Assembly: GCA_015065935.1 (NCBI GenBank)
Contig: SVPI01000003.1
Location: forward strand, 30,563 to 94,562
Source of the DNA: Oscillospiraceae bacterium
GTDB taxonomy: Bacteria > Bacillota > Clostridia > Oscillospirales > Acutalibacteraceae
Reading direction: 5' to 3'
DNA: 64,000 nucleotides
Shown here: in pieces, positions 29,730-38,170 of the stretch
How the letters are laid out: each line of letters starts with the position of its first letter
How positions within the stretch are numbered: position 1 is the stretch's first letter
Notes under the pieces: model-generated
Told to the model about the DNA's origin: nothing
The model's input: the letters and a program-made list of their open reading frames with translations, nothing else
Database searches by the model: none
Position numbers and translations under genes: made by a program

Positions 29730-30425
29730 ATGGAAAAATTATTAAAAGACCCCAAGTTTGCAATAATACTTCTCCAGTGCACCGCCGTTTTTTTAATAAT
29801 CCTTTCGGTGCTTACCGTTAAGGCGTTTGGCGGTAGTGTCTACGGTGAATTTGGAAATTGGTACAGGGCAAATTTTGAAACCAACACCACAACCGATGAG
29901 GTTTTAAAAAATAACAATTCCGAAAGCGAAACTGAAAAAAACGAGCCGCAGGTTGTAATAACCAATACTGCTCCCCAAGGTTTGGATACAAAACTAGATA
30001 AAACCGAAGAAAAAAGTGTAAAAACCGAGGTATTAAACACAATGCCGTGGCCTGTAGAGGGCTTTATTACATCGGAGTTTGGCGGCAGGGCAGACCCCTT
30101 TACAAACGCCCCTGCAACCCATCAGGGTCTTGACATTGCGGCAAACAGCGGAACCGATGTTTTATCGGTTATGGCAGGGGTTGTAGAGGAGGTTGGCTAC
30201 GAAGAAGGCGGCTATGGAAATTTTGTTAAAATTCGCCATTCTGAGGAATTTTACACCCTTTATGCACACTGCAGTAAGATAACGGTTAATAAAGGCGAAA
30301 AGGTTGAAGCAGGGGAGTGTGTGGCAAAGGTTGGCAGTACAGGTAGGTCAACAGGACCGCACCTGCATTTTGAAATTATAGTGGGCGGAGCGCGTCTTGA
30401 CCCACAGTGGTTTTTAAGCAAATGA
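29730..30425 (+). CDS. M23 (LytM-domain) metallopeptidase with N-terminal TM anchor; SpoIVFA-position homolog
   Basis: HQGLDIA (HxxxD) and GPHLHFEI (HxH) motifs are intact, and there is an N-terminal helix. It is coupled by ATGA to the downstream M50 protease gene. Confidence 0.75.
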   Translation: MEKLLKDPKFAIILLQCTAVFLIILSVLTVKAFGGSVYGEFGNWYRANFETNTTTDEVLKNNNSESETEKNEPQVVITNTAPQGLDTKLDKTEEKSVKTEVLNTMPWPVEGFITSEFGGRADPFTNAPATHQGLDIAANSGTDVLSVMAGVVEEVGYEEGGYGNFVKIRHSEEFYTLYAHCSKITVNKGEKVEAGECVAKVGSTGRSTGPHLHFEIIVGGARLDPQWFLSK

Positions 30426-31015
30426 AATTTAAAATTTTTTCAACCGAAATAAATGTTTCTTTTTTCTTTATGGCAGTTTTAACCCTTGCACTGATTATTG
30501 ATAAGACAGGCTTTATTTTGCCTGTTTTTTTGGCTACCGCTTTTCACGAGGCAGGTCACCTTGCGGCAATGTTTGTACTGCACTGCCAGCCTAAAAAAAT
30601 TAACCTTATTCCCGGCAGTATACAAATTGTAAGAGGGTTTGGGGTAAAGGCGCAGGGGGAACTTTTTATTCTCCTTTCAGGTCCCCTTTCTAATCTGCTT
30701 TTTGCGGCGCTCAGTTTTATGCTTTATTATTTTTCAAAGGTGCCGTTTTTTATCAGTTTTTCGGCAGTTAACCTGCTTATTTTTGCCTTTAATTTGCTTC
30801 CCGTTCGCGGTCTTGATGGGGGTAGCATTCTTTGCTTCTTACTTTCAAAAATCGTTACAGGCTCAAAATGTGAGGTTATTCTCGATATTTTATCCCTTCT
30901 TTGCGGCGCAGTTGCGGTTTTCCTAGGCGTTTCGGGCATTTTAATGGGGAAAATTAACCTCTCTTTAGCCGTTTTAGGGCTTTATGTAATTATAGGTGTA
31001 ATAATTAAAATGTAG
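30422..31015 (+). CDS. spoIVFB: M50 site-2 protease, SpoIVFB-like
   Basis: HEAGH (HExxH) sits in a TM helix, with NLLPVRGLDGG (the NxxPxxxLDG motif) and a multi-pass profile. ATG at 30422 overlaps the upstream stop. Confidence 0.7.
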   Translation: MKFKIFSTEINVSFFFMAVLTLALIIDKTGFILPVFLATAFHEAGHLAAMFVLHCQPKKINLIPGSIQIVRGFGVKAQGELFILLSGPLSNLLFAALSFMLYYFSKVPFFISFSAVNLLIFAFNLLPVRGLDGGSILCFLLSKIVTGSKCEVILDILSLLCGAVAVFLGVSGILMGKINLSLAVLGLYVIIGVIIKM

Positions 31016-31044
31016 TTGTTTTAAAGGGCTTTTTGTGGTAGAAT
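31016..31044 (+). promoter_or_regulatory. Sigma-A type promoter upstream of the radical-SAM pair
   Basis: TTGTTT, a 17-nt spacer, then an extended -10 TGgTAGAAT. Confidence 0.45.
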
Positions 31045-31077
31045 GGGTAGAGTAAACAATTCTTTAAGGAGCCCTTT

Positions 31078-32922
31078 ATGGAACAAAAACAACTTGAATC
31101 ACTGCTGCTGACGGTTCAAAAACCGGGAAGATATTCAGGCGGTGAAATTAACAGCGTAATAAAGGATAAAACTAAAGTAGATGTTAGGTTTGCCTTTTGC
31201 TTTCCCGATATCTATGAAATTGGTATGTCCCACCTTGGTATGAAAATTCTTTATTCACAGTTTAATGCCCGCGATGATATTTGGTGTGAAAGGGTTTTTG
31301 CCCCCTGGACCGATTTTGAGCAGGTAATGCGCCAAAAGGATATTCCTCTTTTTGCGCTGGAGAGCCGTGACCCTGTTTGTGATTTTGACATTGTGGGCTT
31401 TACCCTTCAGTATGAGCTTTCCTATACTAATGTTCTTAATATGTTAGACCTTGCAAAAATTCCCTTAAAGGCAGAGGATAGAAAGGACCTTTCCCCACTG
31501 GTTGTGGCAGGTGGACCCTGTACCTGCAACTGCGAACCCCTTGCCGATTTTGTTGACCTTTTCTTTTTAGGTGAGGGCGAAGAGGTGGATTTGGAGCTTA
31601 TCGACCTTTATAAAATCCACAAGGCAAAGGGCTCAACAAAGCAGGAATTTTTGAGGCAAGCGGCACAAATTAAGGGTGTTTATGTGCCTAGCCTTTATGA
31701 TTTTGAATATAACGCCGATGGCACCATTAAAAGCATTACCCCAAGGGAAAATGCACCTGCCGTTATTGAAAAAAGAATTATTAAGGATATGGACAAGGTG
31801 TTTTACCCCGAAAGCTTTGTTGTGCCTTACATAGAAATTGTTCACGACCGCGCCGTTCAGGAAATTTACCGCGGCTGTATTAGAGGCTGTCGTTTTTGTC
31901 AGGCAGGCTTTATCTACCGCCCTGTAAGAGAAAAAAGCGCCGATACCATTAATAATCAGGCAAAGACACTTTGTGAGTCGACAGGTTATGATGAAATTTC
32001 CCTTTCATCGCTAAGCACCAGTGATTATAGGGAAATTGAGCCACTGCTTAATAAAATGCTTGACTGGACACAGGAAAGAAATATAAGTTTATCCCTTCCA
32101 AGCCTTAGAATTGACAACTTCTCTGAGGAGCTGCTGGAAAAAATTCAGTATGTTAGAAAAAGCGGCTTAACCTTTGCTCCCGAGGCAGGCACACAGCGCC
32201 TTCGTGATGTTATTAATAAAAATGTTACCGAGGAGGAAATTCTTTCCACCTGCAAAATGGCTTTTAAGGGCGGCTACACAAATGTTAAGCTTTATTTTAT
32301 GCTTGGCCTGCCCACCGAAACCGATGAGGATTTAAAGGGTATTGCCGACCTTGCTCAAAGGGTGGTTAATGAATTTTACCGCCTTGAGGATAGACCTAAG
32401 GGAAAAAGCGTTAATGTTAGCGTTAGCGTTTCCACCTTTGTGCCAAAACCCTTTACTCCTTTCCAGTTTGAGCCACAAATAACCCGTGATGAAATAAGGC
32501 GCCGCCAGGAATATTTAAAATCCTGTATCACAACCAAAAAGGTGACCCTAAGCTATCACGATTCCCCCACAAGCTTTTTAGAGGGCGTTTTTGCCCGAGG
32601 CGATAGAAGGCTTGGTCAGGTTATTTTGAGCGCCTTCAAAAAGGGCTGCAGGCTTGATGGCTGGAGCGAGTGCTTCGAAATTGAAAAATGGCTTGAGGCA
32701 TTTAGCGAGTGCGGTGTGGATACCGCATTTTATGCCAACCGTGCAAGGGAATATAATGAGATTTTTCCCTGGGAGCATTTTGATTATGGCGTTACCAAGG
32801 AGTTTTTTATAAGGCAAAATGAGCTTGCAAAGAAAGCCGTAACAACACCCAACTGCCGCATTTCCTGCGCGGCCTGCGGTGCAAATTGCTACAAAGAGGG
32901 CGTGTGTTATGAAAAACGTTAG
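31078..32922 (+). CDS. Radical SAM protein, TIGR03960-like (B12-binding-like N-domain)
   Basis: CIRGCRFCQAG (CxxxCxxC). 614 aa. Followed by its usual DUF2344/TIGR03936-like partner. AAGGAG as RBS. Confidence 0.8.
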   Translation: MEQKQLESLLLTVQKPGRYSGGEINSVIKDKTKVDVRFAFCFPDIYEIGMSHLGMKILYSQFNARDDIWCERVFAPWTDFEQVMRQKDIPLFALESRDPVCDFDIVGFTLQYELSYTNVLNMLDLAKIPLKAEDRKDLSPLVVAGGPCTCNCEPLADFVDLFFLGEGEEVDLELIDLYKIHKAKGSTKQEFLRQAAQIKGVYVPSLYDFEYNADGTIKSITPRENAPAVIEKRIIKDMDKVFYPESFVVPYIEIVHDRAVQEIYRGCIRGCRFCQAGFIYRPVREKSADTINNQAKTLCESTGYDEISLSSLSTSDYREIEPLLNKMLDWTQERNISLSLPSLRIDNFSEELLEKIQYVRKSGLTFAPEAGTQRLRDVINKNVTEEEILSTCKMAFKGGYTNVKLYFMLGLPTETDEDLKGIADLAQRVVNEFYRLEDRPKGKSVNVSVSVSTFVPKPFTPFQFEPQITRDEIRRRQEYLKSCITTKKVTLSYHDSPTSFLEGVFARGDRRLGQVILSAFKKGCRLDGWSECFEIEKWLEAFSECGVDTAFYANRAREYNEIFPWEHFDYGVTKEFFIRQNELAKKAVTTPNCRISCAACGANCYKEGVCYEKR

Positions 32923-33550
32923 ACTTATTTACGAGAAAAAAGACCGAATGCGTTTTGTTTCTCACCTTGATATGACTCGTTTTATGTCCCGAATGATTCA
33001 AAAATCAAAAATTCCTGTTTGGTATACCGAGGGCTTTAACAAGCACATTTATGTAACCTTCGCCCTGCCGCTTTCTTTAGGCTTTGAAAGCAATTATGAG
33101 GTTATGGATTTCCGTTTTGATGATGATAATTATCCATTATCTTTAGCTTTGCAGGCGCTTAAAGGCGTTTTCCCGCCCTACATAAGGATTGTCGATTTAA
33201 TTGAGCCCCAAATGAAAGCAGGGGAGATAGCCTTTGCGGATTTTGAAATAACCTTCGATACTTCCGATAAGGGATTTGAGAAGAAACTTGAAGACTTTTT
33301 GAACCTAGCGGAAATCAAGGTTTCCAAAAAAAGCAAAAAGGGCGCAATATCCGAAGTGGATATTGCACCCAAAATTAAGGCATTTTCCATAACCCAAGGG
33401 GAAAACACGGTTTTAAAAATAACCCTTCCTGCAGGGGGTAAGGATAATGTTAATCCCCAGCTTGTTTTATCGGCAATGGGGGAGGCCCTTCCCGAGTACA
33501 AAATTTGTCGCGGCAAGCTTTATAATGAGAAAATGGAAGTTTTCAAATAA
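32909..33550 (+). CDS. TIGR03936/DUF2344-family radical-SAM-associated protein
   Basis: MRFVSHLDMTRFMSRMIQKSKIPVWYTEGFNKH at the N-terminus is typical of the family. ATG at 32909 follows AGAGGG and overlaps the upstream gene. Confidence 0.75.
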   Translation: MKNVRLIYEKKDRMRFVSHLDMTRFMSRMIQKSKIPVWYTEGFNKHIYVTFALPLSLGFESNYEVMDFRFDDDNYPLSLALQALKGVFPPYIRIVDLIEPQMKAGEIAFADFEITFDTSDKGFEKKLEDFLNLAEIKVSKKSKKGAISEVDIAPKIKAFSITQGENTVLKITLPAGGKDNVNPQLVLSAMGEALPEYKICRGKLYNEKMEVFK

Positions 33551-34574
33551 CAATAATGTTTGTGTCCCACGCAGGGAGATAGGTGTGGTGGCGCATAAAA
33601 ATTTTATAGGTTGGGCACAGCGTGTGGATTTTTAAGGGAATTTCAAAAATATCCTCACTCCTGTGATAAACCGCAATGTGCATTTTCGGTTTTAAAGCGG
33701 AAACGGTGCCTTTGCCACCATCAAGAACAGCTGATTCAGCACCCTCGACGTCGATTTTAATAAACGTCGGGGGATTTTTCTTACTTAAAGCATCAATTGT
33801 AAAGGTGTTAATTTGGGTGTTTCCCACACCAAGGTTTACCCCGCGACCGTGCTGTGTAGAAACGGTTGCTTTTCCGCAAAATTCACCTGCCGCGCCGTTA
33901 ATGCAAAGTATATTTTTTAGAGAGCTTGTGTTTTCACACAGCTTTCTAAAATTCCTGCTGTCGGGCTCAAGGGCCGTAATGGCGGAATAGCCATTTACAT
34001 TTTGGGTAAACTCAATAACCGTGTCCCCATTATATGCGCCAAGGTCAAGGAAGCTTTCATTATTCTTTAAATTCAGTAGGGAAAAGACCTCGCTCCTTGG
34101 TGATTCAATCTCAAATAGGTAGTTTGGGTTTCCTGTGATTTTAAAAAGTACTGTATTTTCGAAAACCTTTTTTGAAGGCTCATCACTTAAAAGGGAGTGT
34201 GTTGCTCTAATTTTTTTGGCATTTTGCCTTGCAAAGGCAAGGTCAAAGACTGTGTTACCGTAAACCGGAACGTCGGCAACAAAAACGGTGTGCTTTTGCA
34301 TTAAACGCTTTACGTTGTCAATAACCTCGCTCCTGCTTGAGCCAAAGCACATAACAACGACCATTTCAGGGTATCTTTCGGCAAGCTCACTGTAGGAGGA
34401 AACGGTAAAGCCTCTGAATATTTTGCCTTTTTTAAAGCCATCACTTGCAAAAATTCCGCTTATTTTTGTTCCATCGGCATTTAAACGGTCAATAACCTTA
34501 TCGGCACCGTTGCCGGTTCCATAAAGAACAATGGGCTTTTTGCAGTTTTTAAGATAACTCCATAAATCGGTCAA
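33543..34574 (-). CDS. FkbM-family SAM-dependent methyltransferase with N-terminal Rossmann-like extension
   Basis: FLDLGAYNGDT (SAM motif I-like) and FIKIDVEGAE (FkbM signature). TTG start at 34574 lies 7 nt after GAGGTGA. The 3' end overlaps the convergent gene by 8 nt. Confidence 0.8.
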   Translation of the reverse strand: MTDLWSYLKNCKKPIVLYGTGNGADKVIDRLNADGTKISGIFASDGFKKGKIFRGFTVSSYSELAERYPEMVVVMCFGSSRSEVIDNVKRLMQKHTVFVADVPVYGNTVFDLAFARQNAKKIRATHSLLSDEPSKKVFENTVLFKITGNPNYLFEIESPRSEVFSLLNLKNNESFLDLGAYNGDTVIEFTQNVNGYSAITALEPDSRNFRKLCENTSSLKNILCINGAAGEFCGKATVSTQHGRGVNLGVGNTQINTFTIDALSKKNPPTFIKIDVEGAESAVLDGGKGTVSALKPKMHIAVYHRSEDIFEIPLKIHTLCPTYKIFMRHHTYLPAWDTNIIVI

Positions 34575-34615
34575 ATGGGTTCACCTCACTTTAAGTTGGT
34601 TCGACTCTCGCCAAC

Positions 34616-34892
34616 TTAAGCAAACACGAATAATCCGAACCTGATTTTAAAGGCTCAATTTTTGTCTTTGCATTGTTAAAATACTCGTTAATCCGTCAGG
34701 ATTAACTGCGTTTTGTGCCTCGCACAGCCAAAAATTCAACTCTTTAAAATTCTGCGACCTAAAACGGGCAGAATTTTGAGTGATTTTTGGTGCGGAAGAA
34801 TCCGTCAGGCTAACGCCTACGGGTGATGACAAACCGAAAAGAGCCGAAAGAATGCCGTTTTAGGCAGGTTCGGATTATTCGTGTTTGCTTAA
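34616..34892. other. 277-bp non-coding element bounded by perfect 28-bp inverted repeats (MITE-like element or large structured leader RNA)
   Basis: 34616-34643 (ttaagcaaacacgaataatccgaacctg) is the exact reverse complement of 34865-34892. The interior holds several hairpins and a 10-nt loop-to-flank complement. No ORF with an RBS. It begins at the predicted transcription start of the fkbM-like gene. Confidence 0.6.
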
Positions 34893-34895
34893 AAT

Positions 34896-34923
34896 ATTTT
34901 AACATATTATAAACAATTTGCAA
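34896..34923 (-). promoter_or_regulatory. Sigma-A type promoter reading into the element and the fkbM-like gene
   Basis: The minus strand reads TTGCAA, a 16-nt spacer, then an extended -10 TGTTAAAAT. The predicted start falls at about 34889-34892, which is the first bases of the inverted repeat. Confidence 0.55.
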
Positions 34924-34930
34924 AGGGTAA

Positions 34931-34959
34931 TTGATATTTTTGTGAACTTGGAGTATAAT
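34931..34959 (+). promoter_or_regulatory. Sigma-A type promoter of pcrA
   Basis: TTGATA, a 17-nt spacer, then TATAAT, 27 nt before the pcrA ATG. It is back-to-back with the minus-strand promoter, the two -35 boxes being 7 nt apart. Confidence 0.6.
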
Positions 34960-34986
34960 TGATATATTATTAGTAGGAGAGTACAA

Positions 34987-37362
34987 ATGACCGACCTTGA
35001 GTTTCTGAATTTGCGAAAAAAGGTCATACGGAAAGATTTTTCTCGTATGAATGATATGCAGTTTTTGGCCGTTACTAAAACAGACGGTCCTGTTCTTGTT
35101 TTGGCCGGGGCAGGAAGCGGCAAAACCACCGTGCTTGTTAATAGAATTGCCTGCCTTGTAAAGTATGGCAATGCCTATAACAGCACCGATGTTCCCTTTT
35201 TTTCGGAAAGTGATGTTGAGCAGGCAGAGGCTTTTATTAAAAACGATGAACCCATAGGTGACATGTACGCCTTTAGTGAAAACCCTGCAAAGCCCTGGGA
35301 AATTCTTGCCATTACCTTTACAAATAAAGCGGCAGGGGAACTCAAAGAGAGAATTAGCCTTCGCCTAGGAGATACGGCAAAGGATATTTGGGCAGGTACC
35401 TTCCACAGTGTGTGCGGAAAAATTTTGCGCCGCTTTGCCGATAGAATAGGCTATACTTCGCATTTTACAATTTATGATACCGATGACCAAAAGAAAATAA
35501 TGAAGGAGCTAATGAAGCAGTGCCGTGTGGATGAAAAGTTTATTCCTGTTAAAACGGTACTTTCCCACATTTCCTCCGCAAAGGACAAGCTGATTTCTCC
35601 TGAGGAATTTGCAGCCACCGTGGGCTCCGATTTACGCCTTCGCTCTATTGCCACGCTTTATGAGGCTTATAACAAAAACCTTCGCGATAACAATGCGATG
35701 GATTTTGATGATATGATTGTAAACACCGTGAAGCTCTTTAAAGAGAATGAGGATGTTCTTGATTACTATTCAAGAAAATTCCGTTACATAATGGTGGATG
35801 AGTATCAGGATACAAACCACGCGCAGTATATGCTTGTTAAACTGCTATCTACGGTGCACGGCAACATTTGCGTTGTGGGTGATGATGACCAAAGTATTTA
35901 CAAATTCCGCGGTGCTACCATTGAAAATATTTTAAGCTTTGAAAAGCATTATAAAAACGCTACGGTAATCCGTCTTGAGCAAAACTATCGCTCCACCTCA
36001 AATATTCTTGATGCCGCCAATGCCGTTATTAAAAATAACGCAGGCCGAAAGGGCAAAAACCTTTGGACAAATAGCGGCGAGGGTGAAAAAATCACGGTTA
36101 ACTACTCAGAGGATGAGCAGTCAGAAGCGCATTATGTTGCCAACGGAATTTTAACACGTGTAAGTCAAAACGGTAAATTTGGAGATAACGCCATTCTTTA
36201 CCGAATGAATGCACAGTCCAGAGCGTTTGAAAATATTTTTGCAAGAAGCGGTATTCCTTACCGCATCATTGGCGGTCTTAAGTTCTATGACCGCAAGGAA
36301 ATTAAAGATGTTTTGGCTTACCTAAATGTTATAAACAACCCTGCCGATGATTTGCGCCTGAAAAGAATTGTAAACGAGCCAAAACGCGCAATTGGCGACA
36401 CAACGGTGCAAAATGCCGAGCTTATTGCTATGCAGACAGGTAATACTCTATTTAACATTTTCAAAAATGCCGATGAGTACGCTCAGCTTTCCCGAAGCGC
36501 CGCAAAGCTTATGAACTTTGCGAATATGATTGAGCAGCTGCGCGAAATTGCCGAAACCGAGCCCCTTGATAGGCTCCTTGAAGAGGTGCTGGAAAAAACA
36601 GGCTATCGTGCCGCACTGCAGCTTGCAGGCAGTGAGGAGCAGGAAAGGCTTGATAACATAGGCGAACTTGCCACAGGCATTATTCAGTATGTTGCCTCAA
36701 GTGATGAGCCCACCCTTTCGGGATACCTTGAGGATATTGCCCTTATAACCGACCTTGATAATTTTGATTCCTCCCTTGATGCCGTTGTTATGATGACGGT
36801 GCATTCGGCAAAGGGTCTTGAATTTAATAATGTTTACATTGTTGGAATGGAGGAGGGAATTTTCCCCGGTAATCAGTCCATTTTCGGCGGTCCCGATGAA
36901 ATTGAGGAGGAACGCCGCCTTGCCTATGTTGCCATAACAAGGGCAAAAAAGGAGCTTACCGTTTCAACCGCCTATACGAGAATGATGTTCGGAATGACAA
37001 ATCGCAACCTACCCTCCCGCTTTTTAAAGGAAATTCCCGAGGAGCTTTGTGTTATTACAGGCACAAGGGCTTTCACCCCCACACAAAGGGCATCATCCTT
37101 TGGCGAGGAGTATGAGGCTTTTGGCAGGCCTCAAAGAGAGCGTTCTACACAGTCCTTTAAATCCTCCTTTGCACCTTCCCCCGCAAGCAAAAGTACAGAG
37201 TGTGCATTCACTGTGGGTCAACAGGTTAAGCACTCGGTGTTTGGCGTGGGAATGGTAATAAAGGCGGTGCCTATGGCAGGGGATACCATGCTGGAAATTG
37301 CATTTGACAGTGTTGGAACAAAGAAGCTTATGGCAAATTTCGCAAAGCTCACTGTAATTTAA
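34987..37362 (+). CDS. pcrA: ATP-dependent DNA helicase PcrA (UvrD family)
   Basis: AGAGSGKTTVL Walker A, MVDEYQDTN, VGDDDQSIYKFRGA, QNYRST and VHSAKGLEF motifs. Confidence 0.95.
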   Translation: MTDLEFLNLRKKVIRKDFSRMNDMQFLAVTKTDGPVLVLAGAGSGKTTVLVNRIACLVKYGNAYNSTDVPFFSESDVEQAEAFIKNDEPIGDMYAFSENPAKPWEILAITFTNKAAGELKERISLRLGDTAKDIWAGTFHSVCGKILRRFADRIGYTSHFTIYDTDDQKKIMKELMKQCRVDEKFIPVKTVLSHISSAKDKLISPEEFAATVGSDLRLRSIATLYEAYNKNLRDNNAMDFDDMIVNTVKLFKENEDVLDYYSRKFRYIMVDEYQDTNHAQYMLVKLLSTVHGNICVVGDDDQSIYKFRGATIENILSFEKHYKNATVIRLEQNYRSTSNILDAANAVIKNNAGRKGKNLWTNSGEGEKITVNYSEDEQSEAHYVANGILTRVSQNGKFGDNAILYRMNAQSRAFENIFARSGIPYRIIGGLKFYDRKEIKDVLAYLNVINNPADDLRLKRIVNEPKRAIGDTTVQNAELIAMQTGNTLFNIFKNADEYAQLSRSAAKLMNFANMIEQLREIAETEPLDRLLEEVLEKTGYRAALQLAGSEEQERLDNIGELATGIIQYVASSDEPTLSGYLEDIALITDLDNFDSSLDAVVMMTVHSAKGLEFNNVYIVGMEEGIFPGNQSIFGGPDEIEEERRLAYVAITRAKKELTVSTAYTRMMFGMTNRNLPSRFLKEIPEELCVITGTRAFTPTQRASSFGEEYEAFGRPQRERSTQSFKSSFAPSPASKSTECAFTVGQQVKHSVFGVGMVIKAVPMAGDTMLEIAFDSVGTKKLMANFAKLTVI

Positions 37363-37381
37363 AAATTTAGAGGTTTTGTTT

Positions 37382-38170
37382 ATGCTATCACAAAGTAAGA
37401 TTTCAAAGCTTACTGCAAAATCCGCTTTCCGGGGTAAAAAGGTTAAAATGCTGGCTATTGGCTCGGTTCTTACCTTCGGCCTTTTAATGCTTTATCCTTT
37501 TTATATTTTGAGTGCTTCATTTTTTCCGTTTCCTGTAACGGTTGGCTTTCTTGCGGCCATTTGCATCCTTTTTGAAGCACCCCTACTGCTTGGTGTTATG
37601 AAAACATTGTGGCAGGAACTGTCTTCCGGGCAATGTGAAGTCACTGAAATTTTTTATTATTTTTCAGGCTACCGCCGTTTTAAGCAGGCGCTAAAATTCG
37701 TGTGTGTGCTTTTCTTTAGGGTTGCGGTCACCTCTGCCATTTGCCTTGCGCCCGCAATTGTTATTTCGGTTATAACCGATTTAAATGTTCAAAATGCCAT
37801 TGGCTTTTCGCTGCCGGTTTGGCTTTCGGGGCTTCAAATTTTAGGTTCCCTCTTAACCTTTGTGGGCAGTGCCGTTGCCTTCTTTATTTCTTTAAAATTC
37901 TTTGCGGCACCCTTCCTTTTTATAACCGATGATGAGGGTATACTCGACGGTCTTTTCTACAAATCAACAAGGCTTTCTAAAATAGGCTATATTGAATTTA
38001 TTAGCCTGTTGGCATCCTTTATCGGATGGTTTGTTTTGGGCGTTTTTATATTTCCTTTGCCCTTTATACTGCCGTATTTTCTCTCTTCCGCAGTTTCTCT
38101 TTGCAGATTTACGGTTTATCAGTATAATAAAAAGATAAGTGCTAATTCTTTTAGTGAGGTGCAAATCTAA
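37382..38170 (+). CDS. Integral membrane protein, DUF975-like
   Basis: The N-terminal KLTAKSAFRGKK motif is followed by about 6 TM segments. ATG at 37382 follows AGAGGT. The family call is tentative. Confidence 0.5.
   Translation: MLSQSKISKLTAKSAFRGKKVKMLAIGSVLTFGLLMLYPFYILSASFFPFPVTVGFLAAICILFEAPLLLGVMKTLWQELSSGQCEVTEIFYYFSGYRRFKQALKFVCVLFFRVAVTSAICLAPAIVISVITDLNVQNAIGFSLPVWLSGLQILGSLLTFVGSAVAFFISLKFFAAPFLFITDDEGILDGLFYKSTRLSKIGYIEFISLLASFIGWFVLGVFIFPLPFILPYFLSSAVSLCRFTVYQYNKKISANSFSEVQI

Noticed and set aside
29730-30425. Calling the M23 protein SpoIIQ
   Set aside because: An anchored LytM protein with an intact zinc site would also fit clostridial SpoIIQ. However, the ATGA coupling to an M50 SpoIVFB-like protease and the position before the TIGR03960 pair fit the spoIVFA slot better. 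I therefore left the symbol empty.
34598-34616. tRNA T-loop-like string GGTTCGACTC suggesting a tRNA or tRNA fragment (possible integration site)
   Set aside because: The flanking bases (gttgg / ctcgc) do not form a T-stem. No acceptor, D or anticodon arms can be drawn. The string is simply the 11-nt loop of the 34591-34619 hairpin.
34647-34832. 61-aa minus-strand ORF inside the inverted-repeat element
   Set aside because: It has a TTG start with no Shine-Dalgarno sequence upstream. It lies entirely within stem-forming sequence and its composition looks like translated hairpins. I treat the region as non-coding.
34616-34892. Known RNA classes for the element: SRP/scRNA (similar length), 6S RNA, RNase P, tmRNA, T-box, retron msr-msd
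   Set aside because: I find no GGAAGCAGC/GUCAGG-type SRP domain IV motif and no GAGGAAAGUCC-type RNase P motif. There is no T-box sequence or specifier architecture and no tmRNA tag frame. No reverse transcriptase gene lies anywhere nearby, which argues against a retron. These checks are from memory only, so a cmsearch is still needed.
34899-35171. 90-aa minus-strand ORF overlapping the pcrA start and both promoters
   Set aside because: It is the shadow of the pcrA 5' end and the promoter region. It has no RBS, and it would have to start inside pcrA.
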